From the IMG/VR virus record IMGVR_UViG_3300042349_000289, positions 1-26,380 of that record: a stretch of 26,380 nt of DNA. One strand, 5' to 3'. The notes beneath the pieces were generated by a model. The model was not told the origin of the DNA, searched no databases, and saw nothing but the letters and a program-made list of their open reading frames with translations. Made by a program: the position numbers and the translations under genes. Below are positions 25,980 to 26,380 of this stretch, piece by piece (positions within the stretch are counted from its first letter, which is position 1; each line of letters begins with the position of its first letter). The DNA is from a virus (taxonomy: Duplodnaviria > Caudoviricetes).

Positions 25980-26380
25980 ATGACTATTCACAAACTATGC
26001 AAGGATGTTAAAATGGAAAATCAGAACATAATTCAGACAATTGGCATACTTTTGAGTGGAATTGAAAGCCACTTGGCAGAGATCAGCACCAAGTTGGATT
26101 TGATGCATGAATCAGGCAAAGAAAAAGTATCACAAAAAGAAATATATTCTTTCTCAAATTTTGGGGGGATTATAGGGGGGGATAAGATAGGGGGTTTAAG
26201 GGGGAAAGAAAAGGGGGGGAATAAAGGGGGGGGGATCAGTGATGATTCAGGAATCCCAAAACCAAAGCGAAGTGAAGCAAGTTTGTCAGATTTCAATTCA
26301 AATGAACTTGCATCACTTGAGAAATTGAATGAAAAATTGTTTGGGCACTTGAAAGATGAATTGCAAATTGAGTATCTTTC
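25980..26380 (+). CDS. 3'-truncated protein, possibly a replication initiator, with a Gly/Lys-rich linker
   Basis: Open from ATG 25980 (or 26013) to the window end; contains GGIIGGDKIGGLRGKEKGGNKGGG; follows the recombination genes; function inferred from position only. Confidence 0.55.
   Translation, partial: MTIHKLCKDVKMENQNIIQTIGILLSGIESHLAEISTKLDLMHESGKEKVSQKEIYSFSNFGGIIGGDKIGGLRGKEKGGNKGGGISDDSGIPKPKRSEASLSDFNSNELASLEKLNEKLFGHLKDELQIEYL
26163..26234 (+). repeat. Six G-runs (6, 7, 5, 5, 7, 9 nt) with short A/T-rich spacers; G-quadruplex-capable
   Basis: Runs start at 26163, 26175, 26190, 26200, 26213 and 26226. Confidence 0.9.

Larger units (their letters stand above)
1..26380 (+). mobile_element. 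Tailed dsDNA bacteriophage segment (HK97-type head, long non-contractile tail): packaging, morphogenesis and start of early region
   Basis: Canonical order terminase-portal-protease-capsid-neck-tail tube-chaperone-tape measure-tail tip; no sheath gene; dense unidirectional coding with many ATGA/TGATG overlaps; no host housekeeping genes, integrase or att site seen. Confidence 0.97.

Noticed and set aside
47-26296. Many minus-strand and alternate-frame ORFs in the track (e.g. 410-994, 8052-8672, 14244-14762, 26033-26296)
   Set aside because: They lie within well-supported + strand genes, show no recognisable motifs, and are expected when TA scarcity removes TAA/TAG stops

Overview
This is a 26.4 kb segment of an AT-rich, long-tailed (siphovirus-like) dsDNA phage with every credible gene on the + strand. 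Gene order: metallophosphoesterase, spanin-like membrane protein, a ParB-like / TET-associated glycosyltransferase / TET-JBP dioxygenase DNA-modification cassette directly upstream of the terminase genes, portal-MuF fusion, HK97-type protease, major capsid, neck genes, a second (GT2) glycosyltransferase inside the tail operon, tail tube, tail chaperone with a candidate +1 frameshift, 1505-aa tape measure, and tail-tip genes. A terminator follows, then two repeated sigma70-like promoters heading small early genes, a Sak4-like ATPase, a PD-(D/E)XK exonuclease, and a truncated putative replication gene containing six long G-runs. The most interesting signals are the packaging-linked base-hypermodification cassette with no methyltransferase in view, the GT2 in the tail operon, strong TpA avoidance in the backbone that the cassette lacks, the +1 slip site, and the G-run tract. 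All calls come from reading motifs and synteny by eye; no searches were run.
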